Shown here: one piece after another, positions 50,679 through 64,000 of the stretch
How positions within the stretch are numbered: position 1 is the stretch's first letter
How the letters are laid out: each line of letters opens with the position of its first letter
Assembly: GCF_009914755.1 (NCBI RefSeq)
Contig: NC_060947.1
Direction: 5' to 3' (one strand)
Length of the DNA: 64,000 nt
Origin: the human T2T-CHM13v2.0 reference genome, Homo sapiens
Position numbers and translations under genes: made by a program
The notes under the pieces: generated by a model
Told to the model about the DNA's origin: nothing
Seen by the model: only the letters and a program-made list of their open reading frames with translations
Databases searched by the model: none

Positions 50679-52957
50679 TGATATGGTTTGGCCATGTCCC
50701 CACCCAGATCTTAGCTTGAATTTTAGCTCCCATAATTCCCATGTGCTGTGGAAGGGACCTAGGGGGAGATAATTGAATCATAGGAGGCGGTTTTCTCTAT
50801 CCTGTTCTCGTGTTGGTAAATAAGTCTCACAAGATCTGATGATTTTCACTAGGCTGTCATTTTTCTCTCTTGCCTGCCGCCATGTAAGGTGCAGCTTTCA
50901 CCTTCCACCATAATTGTGAGGACTCCCCAGCCACTTGGAACTGTTAAACCTCTTTTTCTTTATAAATTACCCAGTCTCAGATATGTCACTATCAGCAGCA
51001 TGAAAATGGACTAATATGGTAAATTGGTACCAGTAGAGCAGGGGTGCTGCTATAAAGATACCCCAAAACATAGAAGCAACTTTGGAATGGATAACAGGCA
51101 GAGGTTGGAACAGTTTGGAGGGCTTAGAATAAGACAGGAAAATATGAGAATGTATGGAACTTCCTAGAGACTTGGTGAATGGCTTTGACCAAAATGCTGA
51201 TAATGATATGGACAATGAAATTCAGGCTGAGGTGGTCTCAGATGGAGATGAGGAACTTGTTAGGAACTGGAGTAAAGGTGACTTGCTGTTTTAGCAAAGA
51301 GACTGGTGACATTTTGTTCCTGCCCTAGATATTTGTAGAACTTTGAACTTGAGGGAGATGATTTAGGGTATTTGGTGGAATAAATTGTTAAGCAGCAAAG
51401 CATTCAAGAGGTGATTTGGGTGCTGTTAAAAGCATTCAGTTTTAAAAGGGAAATAGCATAAAAGTTCTGAAAATTTGCAGCCTAAAGATGCAATAGAAAA
51501 GAAAAATCCGTTTTCTGAGGAGAAATTCAGGCCAGCTGCAGAAATTAACATAAGTAATAAGGAGCCAAATGTAAATCACCAAGACAATGGGGAAAATGTC
51601 TCCAGGGCATGTCAGAAGTCTTCACGGCAGCCCCTCCCATCATGGGCCCAGAGGCCTAGGAGGGAAAAATGGTTTCATGGGCTGGGTCCAGGGACTCCTG
51701 CTGTGTGCAGCCTTGGGACTTGGTGCCCTGAGTCCCAACCACTATAGTGTGGCTAAAAGGGGCCAACGTACAGCTCAAGCTGTTGCTTCAGAGGGGGCAA
51801 ACCACAAGTCTTGGCTGCTTCCATGTGCTTTTGGGCCTGCAGGTGCACAGAAGGTAAGAATTGAGGTTTTGGACCCTTTGCCTAGATTTCAGAGGATGTA
51901 TGGAAACACCTGGATGTCCAGGCAGAAGTTTGCTGCAGGGGTGGGGCGCTCATGGAGAATTTCTGCTAGGGCAGTGTGGAAGGGAAATGTGGAGTTGGAA
52001 CCCCCACATAGAATCCCCACTGGGGCACTGCCTAGTGGAGCTGTGGAAAGAGGTCCACCAACCTCCAGACCCCTGAATGGTAAATCCACCAACAGTTTAC
52101 ACTGTGCACCTGAAAAAGGCACAAACACTCAATGCCAGCTCATGAAAGCAGCCAGAAGGGGAGTTGTACTGGCAAAGCCACAGGGACAAATCTGCCCAAG
52201 GCCATGAGAGCCCACCTCTTGCCTCAGGGTGAACTGGATGTGAGACATGGAGTCCAAGTATATCATTTTGGAACTTTAAGGTTTAATGACGGCTCTATTG
52301 GATTTTGGACTTGCATGGGGCCTGCATCCCCTTTGTTTTGGCCAATTTATCCTATTTGGAATGGGTATATTTATTCGATGCCTTTACCCCCATTGTACCT
52401 GGAAAGTAACTAATTTGCTTTTGATTTTACAGGCTTATAGTGAAAGGGACTTGCTTTGTCTCGGATGACACTTTGGAGTGTGGACTTTTGAGTTAAAGCT
52501 AAAATGAGTTAAGATTTTTGGGTGACTGTTGGGAAGGTATGATTGGTTTTCAAATGTGAGGACATGAGATTTGGGAGGGGGCAGGGATGGATGATATGGT
52601 TTGTCTGTGTCCCCACCCAAATCTTTGCTTGAATTGCAGCTCCCATAATTCCCACATGCTGTGGGAGGGGCCCAGGGGGAGATAATTAAATCATGGGGGA
52701 GGTTTCCTTCATACTGTTCTCTTATTCATGGTAGTGTGTAAGTCTCATGAGATCTGATAGTTTTATAAAGGGGTTTTCCTTTTATTTGGCTGTCACTTTT
52801 CTCTTTTGCCTGCCACCATGTAAGATGTGCCTTTCACCTTCTGCCATGACTTTGAGGCATCCCCAGCCATGTGGAAATGAGTCCCTTAAACCTTTTTTAT
52901 ATAAATTATCAATTCTTGGGTATGTCTTTATCAGCAGCATAAAAAGGAACTAATACA
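50679..52957 (+). mobile_element. Complete THE1 (THE1B-like) MaLR provirus (LTR 50679-51018, internal, LTR 52592-52957)
   Basis: LTRs start tgatatggtttg, and the ~1.57-kb internal region starts gtaaattggtacc. TSD ctacc / ccacc. Confidence 0.93.
51142..52413 (+). pseudogene. Frameshifted THE1-int (MaLR gag-like) ORF
   Basis: ORFs 51475-51747, 51587-52207 and 52132-52413 tile the MaLR ORF (PRFQRMYGN.WM.RQKFAAG; PLFWPI.PIWNG.IY.MP.PPLYL.SN*). Confidence 0.75.
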
Positions 52958-53262
52958 CCACCCTATGTGAAATATGTCTCTATTCTACCCCTTTCTTTAA
53001 TCTTCCTAAATTCCTAAAATCACTTTTAGTAGTATTATTTGGTTAGGGGTGATATTTGCATGATACTGAATAAGGGTCATGAAGGATGTAGAATAATTGG
53101 GTATTTGTAATGTTTTGTGGAAATTCCAGTGGTTTGCTTACAGCTAGGAGCAGCAACAGTTTTGAGCACCTAAACATCTAGTCAGGGATACAATTAACCA
53201 AAACAATGCCTTTGAGAAAGAAAAAACTAAAAAGCTTCCATTACTTAAAAAACATTATTTTC

Positions 53263-53546
53263 TTTCTTTTAATTTAATTTAATTTAATTTTAAGTTCCTG
53301 GATACATGTGCAGGATGTGCAGGTTTGTTATGTATAGGTAAATGTGTGCCATGGTGGTTTCCTGCACCTATCAACCCATCACCTAGGTATGAAGCCCCAC
53401 ATACAATAGCTGTTTATCCTGATGCTCTCCCTCTCCTTGCCCTCCTGATAGGCCCCAGTGTGTGTTGTTCCCTTCCCTGTGTCCATGTGTTCTTATTGTT
53501 CAGCTCCCACTTATAAGTGAGAATATGCAGTATTTCATTCTCTGTT
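53263..53546 (-). mobile_element. Short L1PA10/11-like 3' fragment
   Basis: (tttaa)n tail and gatacatgtgcaggatgtgcaggtttg. TSD aacattattttc / aactttattttc. Confidence 0.88.
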
Positions 53547-54784
53547 AACTTTATTTTCATGTATCAGAAAGAGTTAATAATATACCAATTTCTCAGACCA
53601 AGAAACTTTGGTGCCATCTCTCAGAAAATTAAAAACATTGTACAAATCTTTGATGTATACAATGTGATGACGCCTTTATATACAGTGCCCTTGTAAAGTG
53701 CACAATCTGTAAAACCATGCACAAAAGCACAGATCTAGGAACCTAAGAAAGGTTTATCAAAAGGGCATAAGACAAAGACCAGAAGTAGAGGAGAACCAAA
53801 ATTAAAAGCCTGTAAGAGCAGCAAACACAAACTTTGTCAAACATCGATTTACTCAGAACGTCTCACTGGTCGAGGAGACAGACTCATACCTCCTTACAAC
53901 ACAAGAGATGAGCTTCCAGCACAAGATTTTGCATTTTCAGTCCTGTTATGCCCATTGAAGACAAATATCAAGCAGAGTTACAACTATCAAAAATTACATA
54001 AGAATTGAGAATGTTGTTTCTAACTATAGTATGCATTGCTAATAAATTATTTCATACCTCACACCAAATCCATTTGCTATAGCTGAAATACAACCAAATT
54101 GGTTTTCCAGATATGCAGCACCTCATGCAAATTGAGTTAGTCTTGTACAGTGGTAACATAAGCTAGCATATTTCAAATATATATTTTCCAGTCACTGGAA
54201 TTCTTAATCTCCTCTATCAGTTTTTTTATCAAAAGAAAAACAATATAAAAGATTTTTCACAGACAGATAATTTGACACACATACGCATGTGCATACACAT
54301 ACACACACATACAAATATTAGCCTACAGCAATTTCTTTCAGTTATTTTAATACTCATGGAATTTCAGAAGTAATGCATTAGCTGAGACTGCACTATAGTC
54401 ACAAGAGAAAATCCAGCAACTGTGTTACAGATGCTTTTTCTCTTTTATGGAAGCTCCTCCTTGTTCTCATACAGATAGCTTTGTGGTCTAGTCACAGAGT
54501 TTTCAGATGCTGTGATATTTTGCTTGGCTGCTTTAACTACCTCAAGTATTATGCTTTTGTGGGATAAAGGTACAAAAAAATAAAAGATGTGTTATTCTTT
54601 ATGTAAAAATTGCTGAACCAATATCTATAAGAATTTTAAATTGCTTGTCCAGGAGTGATGATGATTTATACTGTGATAGCTACATTCCCTTCATTCAAGA
54701 CACACTACCATAAGATACTAGCCTCACATAATGGAGTGCTTTCTGGAGTCAATGCAGCAGAGTAATACGATTAAGAGGATACAT

Positions 54785-54890
54785 TTGTGATAGTACTAGT
54801 ACCTACTTTACAGCATTACTATGATGTTTAAATGAAGTAATCCACATTAAATGCTTGGCAATAAATGAAAGCTACTACTAGTAGTAGTAT
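54785..54890 (+). mobile_element. MIR fragment
   Basis: tagtacctactttacagcattactatgatgtttaaatgaagtaatccacattaaatgcttggca. Confidence 0.55.
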
Positions 54891-55844
54891 TTTAGGAGAA
54901 TTTAGCTCATGATATTGACCTAATTACAATACATAGCATTATAAACAGTAATGTTAGCATAGATATATCATTCATTGGAAATGAGGACAAAAGTGAACTT
55001 CTTTTAAGCAGTAAATTTTAGGATCCTTAAAACCAATCTTAGAAGGACCCTGGTAGACCTCTTTTCAAGGAAGATAGCAAAAATAATAATAGTAAGTAAA
55101 CAGAAATTACTCAACCAGAGGCAACATTGTACTTATCCATTGTACTTTATCCCTTGGAATTAGTTCCTTTTCTCATTATCCCCATTCATTGAATTTCAAC
55201 ATTTTTTATAGGATAATTATAGGTGCCAGTGAATATGTAAAAAAAGAAGTTTTGAATCAAGTTATCTATTGATAGAGAGCAGCCTCAGGTCATTTCTGTA
55301 AGACATAAAACAGGAAATGATATATTAGGTCATTCAACAGAATGACAAGTCAAATTATGCTCCTTTTACAAAGCAGAGATTTTCTTATTAGAATTTTCTT
55401 CAGTGCCTTCCATAGTCCAGATTAATAAATCTTAAGGGGATTAAACTCAACTTGCAGCTACTCCAATCATTAACTCCCCTATTAATTTAAAAGTTATCAC
55501 TTTTCTAGTTGGGAGAAATAAACAGTACAGATTCATGGATGCACACAAAAGGCTACCCGAATTTCGTTCTCCCTAATTAGACTCTTCCCTTTTATTTCAA
55601 CTAAGATTTAAAGTGTTTTAGCAATGATCTACTTCAGAATCACTAAGAAGCTGAGTGAGTCAATCTTCTTGCTAGAGATAAGCTGTAAAGAGATGGCTCT
55701 AAAATGCCTTTTTCCAGTAACAAGAATCTGGGTCTCCCAGGCTACGTTCATGAGACAAACGGATCCTCTATTAGATCCAGGAGACTTTCCTAGTGATTAA
55801 TAATAAGTCCATTTCAATAAGTCCTGTCCCATTATTACTTTAAG

Positions 55845-55935
55845 GAAAATCAAATCAAATCAAATCAAATATTATACTGAAATTCATTCCCATTCATTCC
55901 ACAAACATCTACTGAGCACCTACTATATCCAAAAC
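55845..55935 (-). mobile_element. L2 3' terminus preceded by (AAATC)n
   Basis: attcattcccattcattccacaaacatctactgagcacctactat. Confidence 0.55.
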
Positions 55936-56834
55936 ACAAGATAGAGAGCAATATATACTGTTAAAGGGAGAAAAGGAGGGGAGAAAAAAATTGTGAGGGA
56001 GAAGTAAGAAGATCTTTTAAAGATGGTGGACTAAAGCAGTGATTTGCCTTCTTAACCTTAAAAATATTTTACTAGGTACCTATTGATTGCCAGACATTGT
56101 TGTAGTTGCTCCCAAATGCATATTTCTGAGAGGGATCTCTTACCAATAAAAAATATTGAACTTAGTCTCATCACACAACTGATACTCTTAACATTTTAAA
56201 CATTAATATTGAGGGGAAGCTGTATCTAAACACAAAGGAAACATCTGACTTTGGGGCACACACTTCCTTCCCGCATCCTTTGAAACAGATAAATATCTCT
56301 ATTAGAGAGCTCAAAATTCTCAACTCACACATTCAGCAGAGTTGAAGTTTTCCAATTGAAACACTTCCAAAATTATAAGATGAAATAATCGTCACATGAA
56401 AAATTACTTATCTTTGGGGAGATGTAGAAGATATTATTCATAAATGACAATACGACTTGATGAAGACTCCATATGACTATAGACACAAGAGTGAAGTTAA
56501 AGATATTCTAGCTCTAACCTACAGTGGTAGTTTTTCACAGTATATATGTCACTAATATACTTTTTATACCCAAACAATATTGAACTGCTTTTAAAATTAA
56601 TATACACTCCCCTCCATTAATGTGCTCAAGCTAATCCTTTTGTTTAGGGTGTCTTTTTTTCCCCATATCCTCTTGTAGTTTATCAATCTCTTAAAAGGGA
56701 AAATTCAATAGCAAAGTGCTCTATGAAGCTTTCCCTCATCTTCCCTGGAGGAATTAATCCCTTCCCTATAGATCTCAGCAACTTGTCTATGCTTCCATTA
56801 TAGTGCTTATCAAGTTTAATTGTTGTTAAAATAG

Positions 56835-57398
56835 TATGATGGTTAATTTTGAGTGTCAACTTGACTAGATTAAGAAATACCTTGATGACTGGTAAGGCAT
56901 TATTTCTGGGTGTGTCTGTTGATGGTGGTTCTATAGGAGATTTGCATGTGAGTCAGTGGACTGAGTGGGGAAGATCCATCCTCAGTGTGGGTAGGCACCA
57001 TCCAATCAGCAGGGGACCTGATTACAACAAAAAGGCAGAGAAAAGCAAATTATTTGTGTATCCTCTCTCTGTCTCTGTCTCTCTCTCTGTCTCCTGAACT
57101 GGGATGTTCATCTTCTCCTGCCCTTGGACATAAGAGAGGCAGGTTTTCTGGCCTTTGGACTCTAGGACTTGCACCTGCAGGCCTCTGGGTTTTCAGGCCT
57201 TTGGCCTTGGGCTGATACTCATACCATTGGTTTTTGTGGTTCTGAGGCCAGGGCACTTTTTTGTTTTTTTAAGCCACACTACAGTTTTCCTGGCTCTCCA
57301 GCTTGCAGGTGGTCTATCGTGGGATTTCACAGTTTCTCAGCCTCCATATTTGAGCAAACCAATTACCATAATAAATCCCCTTTCATCTATCATCTATC

Positions 57399-57441
<43 letters not shown>

Positions 57442-57497
57442 ATCTATCATCTATCTATCCTATTGGTTCTGTTTCTCCAAAGAACCTGACTAATACA
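56835..57497 (+). mobile_element. MLT2B-like (ERVL) solo LTR
   Basis: tgatggttaattttgagtgtcaacttgactagattaag...tattggttctgtttctccaaagaacctgactaataca. Confidence 0.88.
57384..57460 (+). repeat. (TCTA)n tetranucleotide STR
   Basis: Read directly; lies inside the MLT2 LTR. Confidence 0.95.
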
Positions 57498-58025
57498 GAT
57501 GGCCTATGTTTAGTGATGTCTGTGCTGCAAGATTGTAAGTACATCAAGAAAGGGTAGTTCTATTTTATTTATATTTGTGATTTGACATAACAGCTTAACA
57601 TTGTGCCTTAGCCATAGGTGCCCAGTAAAATAAATTTATTTTAAAACCATGTAGAGAGGACACAAGGGGATATTGACCCCATGTGAAAATGATGCTATTC
57701 AGTTGATTTTTAAACATCAATGCACACACACACTAGCACACTGTCACATACTACATAATCATAATGACAGTGCACTTATTATAGTTGCACCGTTAGGCTA
57801 GTTTCTTTGAAAATACATTTCATTATTTCTTTGACATAAATTCATTTATGGAACAATCCTTACATGCTTATTATTTCATAAAATTATTAAATAATAATTA
57901 TAGAAGTAGAACTAATGATTACAGAATATTTTTGATTGTGAATCAACATTTGACTTCACAACGTTTCATCCCATTACTCCTAGGTATATACCTTCTTTTG
58001 TTATTATAAGTATTTTCCCACCTCC

Positions 58026-58080
58026 AATACAGGGAAGCTATAATGCTATATTTAGCTCCTGTATGAGAGAGAGAGAGAGG

Positions 58081-58114
<34 letters not shown>

Positions 58115-58473
58115 AACATTTTAATGAATTGACTGACTCACAATTGTGGAGACTGGCAAGTCCAAAATCTGACAGGTAGCCTTGCGGGTTGGGACCCAGG
58201 GAAGAGTTGAGGTTGCAGCTCAAGTCCAAAGATAGTCTGTAGATGAATTTCCTCTTCCTTGGGAAATAGCAGCCTGTTTTACTTTAAGACCTCCAACAAA
58301 TTGGTTGAATAAATCTATCCACATTATAAGAGTAATCTGCTTTTTTAAAAGTCTACTGATTTAAAGGTTAATCTTAGCTAAAAAATACCTTCACAGCAAC
58401 ATCAAGACCAGTGTTGCCCAAATGTCTGAGTACCATGGCCTAGTTAAACTTACACATAAATTTGAACATCACA
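58026..58473 (-). mobile_element. MLT2C/D-like LTR with a (GA)n tract
   Basis: (ga)n, then ctcacaattgtggagactggcaagtccaaaatctg..acacataaatttgaacatcaca. Possible TSD cctcc. Confidence 0.75.
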
Positions 58474-61400
58474 CCTCCCTAAGGTATTATTTAGCCAAGT
58501 AAAATATAGTTGTTATTTTAATCTTTTACATATGTCAAACTTATTTGTCTTCAATCATTTGTGTTGTTCTTCTCTGAATTTGTTCCAATCCTTTCATGAT
58601 TGATGCCAGTTGAAAAAATGACATTAGTCAGTAATAATATCTCAGGTATAAATATAGGGCTAAGTATATAAACCATTGCTCTATTATAAAGAATTAAAAG
58701 AGCTGCAGTCTCCGCTCTTACTGTACATTACTCTAAAGGTATGACTCCTAAATAAGTTTCTACATTTACTATGTTGCCCCCATGGTCAGAATAACCAGCA
58801 TTTCAGCATAATTCCAGAAATGACCCATAATGAACTTTGGTGAATTGCATTTTGTATGCAAAATCCTGTGACAGAGTCAAGTATTGCAGAACAATCTTTT
58901 GGCATAACTGTTGGGTATATCACAATTCATTTATAATTCTGAATTTGCTTAGTATATCCTGGAGTCTAATGTTGAAAGGCATCTTTTTAAATAGAAAATA
59001 GATGCCTATTTGAAATTATAAATTTCTCAGTTACCTAATGAAAGCTCAATATGTCTGAGTATTTTAAGAAAACAGAGAAATTACATGAGAATTCTTGGCT
59101 ACTAAAAATTGTTCATATTTGAGCTTGCCGCATACAGATATTCTCCAAGTATGTGACTGAAGGGACAGATACTGGACATTTAGAGGAAAAAAGTATTTGT
59201 TTCACTTTTCAAGTGGATTTATTTACTCATGCTAGAGCAGTTAACAAATGTTGAAGTGATCTCAGCTCAGTTTATTAGCTCAAACTGGAAATATTTCCTC
59301 TAAATAAATGTACAATTCACAGATCTACTCAAAGAAATAAATTTTAATTGGAATCAGTTAATGAGATAGCGGATTTTACCTTTTTTTAATAAAAGAGCTA
59401 GGTTTCATTCTGATGTTAATTAACATTATTAATTAGTTTTATCCTATTATTTTATTTTAATGAGATGCTTACCTGTCTTCTGTATCATCTCCTCTGGGCC
59501 CCCACTGATATGCAAGTAAGAGCACTTGCTTGACATCAATGTTATAACAGCTCAGTTGTCTTTGCAGCCTAGCCGGAATCTGATTACATTATTATTTTTT
59601 TCTGACCCAGCTCTTTCCTTTTCATATTTTACTCTTGTTATCATGTGTTACAAAAGCCAAAGTAAAGTATGGTATAAAACAGAAAACTTAGAAAAAATCC
59701 CATTAAACAGACCCCAATAGACTGGAAACATCAATTAATCCTAATTTTTGTAGAAAAACTGAAGTCATGAGCAAAGAAACCAATGATATAAATTTTTTGA
59801 AAGCAACTTTGGGATCTAGACATGAAATTACAGGACCCTGAAATTCCAATTACACTTTCTCTTCTGCTCCCATAACTTTTTTCCCCCATATACAAGTATT
59901 TATTGGCATCCTTCTTTGGGAACAATCCAAAGTTGTCAATACTGAGTACAAAAGAACCTGAGGAGCAAGTAGAGTATCAAGGTCTAAATATGCAGCAAAA
60001 TGACAACTGAAAATATGAAGGAGACAGGATCAGTTATTAGAAATGAAAATTAGAAATTCTTACATCTACCTAATCAAGGGGCCGAAGCTAGAATCCAACT
60101 GTCATGGATATGTTCTATGCCTGTGGGTATTTCCTGCTAGTTTCCTGATGCATTGTTGAGAGTGGAACTCTGCTTCTGCTTCTAGTGCTCCATAATCACA
60201 TTATGGAATAATGGGGAAGGTATTGTTAATGTGGTTGTCCCACTAGTTTATCAGCTCCCAGAGGGCAAAAATCATGAGATATCTTTCTCTGATCACAGAA
60301 TTTGACATAAGGTCTTTATGTATATGAATAACTTAACACAAATTTAGGGCAGTTTCATTCATTTCTTACGTGTTTTCCTTTCATGATTTTTTAAAGGAGA
60401 AACATCTCTTCATATTTTAGAAAGCATGCATTTACTCTCATTTTAGTGTAAGTAGAAATATGTTAGAAAATTATAAACAATAAAAATTAAAGCAAAAATT
60501 ATAATACTTAAGCCTGGTTTGATAAAAGATTAAATAACTCAGACAACCACACTTACAAACCCCTTCCCTAATCTGTCTAGTTTGTTAAACTTTAGTATGT
60601 TGGAAAATAACTTTTTTGCCTTAATAAGTTAAACATTTCCCAAAATCTTTCATAGTATACCTAACTGGAATTACCTTCACAATTAATTCCCATCATTTAT
60701 AACTGATAAATAAAAACAATTAGATACACACTATGCCTTAATCCTGAATAAGATTTGGGTTACTCCTCAGGAAAATTGGGAAGTACTTATCTAAAGTTCT
60801 TTGCCATTGACAGTTCAAGGCTCATTATTAAATATTTACTATTTATTTGATTTATTAACTTTCATTTACGAGAAGTCATCAGAAAACATTTGTAAATCCC
60901 TACTATGTATTTGGCAATGTGCTTCAGTGGACATGGATGAGGCATCCAAGAACCAGCATAAACATTCTGAGTAACTATCGAATTGTGGGAAAGTGAAGGA
61001 CAAGGTAATAAAATGTCTTTAAAGGGAGAAATGTGAATATTTAAAGTCTTTAATAATTTTAGTTCTCTTTCTAATTTTGACCTAAAAGTTATATTCAGGA
61101 TTAATGTTCTCCATTGTAAAACTGGTGTCTGAATTTATTCCCTTGGACTGTATTGCAATTTTTCAGGAAACTAGTCTTACCCAACTATTCCATTGGAAAG
61201 ACTTTGATAGTGAGTAAAGCTGTTATATACATGCATGCTTGTGTCTTATATATAAAACAATATTTAGGAAAAAATGAACTTCTAATGGTAAAAGTTCTGG
61301 TACCAGCAGCAGGCTAATGAAAGAGAAACTAGTTTTGGAGATCAGGAACTTGTCAATATAGATTACACTGAAGAGCAATTACCCCATTCAGAAGAAAATT

Positions 61401-61619
61401 CTGAGGAAGGTGGGCAAACATGGCCATATATATTACCATTATTATTCCTGTGTAAGACCAATAATAACCTAAAAGTCATATTAGCATAAGTTTGGGACCA
61501 GGTTCAAAACAATTAAAAATGTAATTCTTAAAACATTAAACTAAGTAAATATACAAGTACTTGGAAACACCAAAATTTTAGACTATTTACTTTTTATAAA
61601 AATGAGTTTTCTTGATAGT

Positions 61620-62400
61620 TAGTATTTCAATTTAGGACACAGAAAGCTGTAATGATCATTACCTCCACACTTACAAAAAGGAAAAGGGCCAGGCCATCTG
61701 TAAATTCACAAGAATTTTTGAACCCATCAGAGAAATAAGGGCATATGGCAACAAAATAAAAACAATCTAAAGAAAGGTGCCTTCAAGGAGAGATGAGATA
61801 TAAGTACTTGTTTACCTTAGGCAGATGACGCTGGAAGCTATACTAACCAGTAAACAGATTCCACTTAAATATTAAATGAAAATTACAAAATAAAGGCTGA
61901 GTAAGCATTGTTTTGATAATATGGTCTATGAAATTCAGACACAATAAGAATTTGCACCCATTTGCACACTCTTCTCCATAGCCCTCACTCATGGCTCATA
62001 AGAAAAACTGAGTGAAGGACAAGATTCCTGAAAAACTGTTTCTCCTGGTGTACACTTATGACAGGAGAACATCCGCCTCAGTGAGATTGTCATAATGTAC
62101 AACCTGCTATAAGAATATAACAGGCTGTTATATTCTTACTATCTCACCTATAAAACAAAGCAACATCTGGACACATTTAATTTAAAATACTTTAACAACA
62201 ACAAAAAAAAAAACAGAGAAAGAGGGAAAACAAATCTTGAAGAATGCCACAGAAAGCAGGATACATTTTATATATATGGAAAAATGATAAAAATTTTAGC
62301 AGACCTTTCTTCAGAAATTTCACAAGTGAAGAACGATGGAGTTATATCATAAAATGCTAATACCAAGCAAACATATCATTCAAAATGAAGGCAAAATAAA
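61620..62400 (+). mobile_element. Old L1M 5'/ORF1 fragment
   Basis: ttgaacccatcagagaa.. 5'-end-like sequence, and ORF1-like aaatcttgaagaatgccacagaaa..gcagacctttcttcagaaa. Confidence 0.5.
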
Positions 62401-64000
62401 AGTCAGAGGATACAAAATCATCATGCAAAAATCAGTGGCATTCCTATACAAAACAACCGTCAAGCCAAAAGCCAAATCAGGAATAAACTCCCATTTGCAA
62501 TTGCCTCATAAGTAATAAGATACCTAGGAATACAGCTAAAAAGCGAGGTGAAAGACCTTTACAAGGCGAACTACAAACCACTTTTCAAAGAAATCAGAGA
62601 TGACACAAGCAAATGGAAAAATATTCAATGCTCATGTATAGAAAGCATCAATATTGTTAAAATGGCCATACTACCCAAAGCAATTGATAGATTCAGTGCT
62701 TTTCCTATTAAACTACCATTGACATTCTGAGAAAACTATTTTAAAATCCATATGGAACCAAAAAAGAGCCTGAATAGCCAAGGCAGTCCTAAGCAAAAAG
62801 AACAAAGCTGGAGGCATCATGCTACCCTGCTTCAAACTATACTACAAGGCTACAGTAATCAAACAGCATGACACCAGTACGAAAACAGGCACATAGACCA
62901 ATAGAACAGAAAAGAGAACCCAGAAATAAGACTACATGCCTACAATTATCTGATCTTCAACAAACCTGACAAAAACAAGTGATGGGGAAAGGATTTCCTA
63001 TTCAATAAATGGTACTGAGATAACTGGCTAGCCACATGCTGAAGATTGGAACTATTTCTTTCTTGCATTTACTCAAGATGGGCTAAAGATTTAAATGTAG
63101 AACCCAAAACTATAAAAACCCCAGAAGATAACCTAGGCAATACCATTCAGGACATAAGCATGAGCAAAGATTTCATGGCGAAAACATCAAAAGCATTTGC
63201 AACAAAAGCAAAAACTGAAAATGGGATCTAATTAAACTAAAGAGCTTCTGCACAGCAAAAGAAACTATCAACAGAGTAAACAGGAAACCTATAGAATGGG
63301 AGGAAATTTTTGAAAATTATGCATCTGACAAAGGTCTAATGTCCAGCATCTATAAAGAACTTAAAAAAATTACAAGAAAAAAAACAACTGCATTAAAAAA
63401 TGAGCAAACAACATGAACAGACACTTCTCAAAAGAAGACATACATGTGACTAACAATCATTAAAAAAAATTCAACATCACTGATCATTAGAGAAAAACAA
63501 CTGAAAACCACAATAAGATACCATCTCATGCCAGTCAGAAAGGCTATTATTAAAAAGTCAAAAAATACCAGACGCTGGCAGGGTTGTGGAGAAAAGAGAA
63601 TGCTTATAAACTGTTGGTGGGTATGTAAATTAGTTCAGCCACTGGGGAAGACCATGTGGCAAATCCTCAAAGACCAAAAGACAAAAATATTATTACACCC
63701 AGCAATCCCATTACTAGGTATATACCCAAAGGAATAGAAATCATTCTATTATAAAGACACACACACACACACTCATTGCAGCACTATTCACAATAGCAAA
63801 AACATGGAATTAACCTAAATTCCCATCAATGATAGACTGAATAAAGAAAATATCATACATGTACACCATGGAATCCTATGGAGCCATAAAAAGGAATTAG
63901 ATAATGTCCTTTGCAGGGACATGGATGGAGCTGGAAGTCATTATCCTTAACAAACTAACACAGATACAGAAAACCAATACTGCATGTTCTCACTTATAGT
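62401..64000 (+). mobile_element. 5'-truncated older L1PA ORF2 3' half, running off the window end
   Basis: [25 protein letters not shown].. with multiple stops; reaches catgttctcacttata at the window edge. Confidence 0.88.

Larger units (their letters stand above)
56620..57640 (+). mobile_element. L2 fragment split by an MLT2 LTR
   Basis: ctctatgaagctttccct..tagtgcttatca lies before the LTR, and agattgtaag..gtgccttagccataggtgcccagtaaa lies after it. Confidence 0.5.

Noticed and set aside
50921-50934. PRDM9 hotspot motif position in the THE1 LTR
   Set aside because: It reads actccccagccac here and catccccagccat in the 3' LTR, neither matching CCTCCCTNNCCAC.
51587-52207. 206-aa ORF as a novel protein
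   Set aside because: It is a frameshifted piece of the THE1 internal ORF, and its N-terminal part is off-frame.
53030-53222. Possible MER3/MER33-like hAT remnant
   Set aside because: Too degenerate to call by eye.
53890-53983. Possible 94-nt minus-strand exon (tttttgatag acceptor, GAG|GTATGA donor)
   Set aside because: The signals are weak, no partner exons or protein similarity are visible, and it cannot be supported without transcript data.
54872-54887. 16-bp palindrome ctactactagtagtag (also atgttaattaacat at 59413-59426)
   Set aside because: These are short and low-complexity, with no supporting context.
55125-55151. 13-14-bp direct duplication cattgtact(t)tatc, and similar micro-duplications elsewhere
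   Set aside because: These are ordinary slippage events. There is no regular repeat-spacer array, so nothing CRISPR-like.

Overview
This is AT-rich primate genomic DNA, probably ape or human, as judged by AluJ/FLAM, THE1/MST MaLRs, HSMAR2 and an L1PA2/3-type insert. I recognise no host protein-coding exon, RNA gene or CpG island. By eye, about two thirds of the window is transposon-derived. The main elements are a near full-length L1PB (6.9-17.1 kb), an internally deleted minus-strand L1MA (24.6-29.8 kb), a heavily nested plus-strand L1MA (32.8-47.5 kb), two complete MaLR proviruses (MSTA-like and THE1B-like) and a full-length dead HSMAR2 mariner. MLT1/MLT2 LTRs, MIR, L2 and microsatellites make up the rest. 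Every ORF in the track that I can assign is a decayed TE frame. I found no convincing new biological system. The most interesting signals are mechanistic footprints: a twin-primed young L1 with a 19-nt 3' transduction, a 42-bp locally templated insertion, a tailless multiply deleted L1PA7/8 patch carrying an open ORF0-like frame, and template-switch palindromes. Subfamily labels come from recalled consensus sequences and need RepeatMasker/Dfam confirmation.
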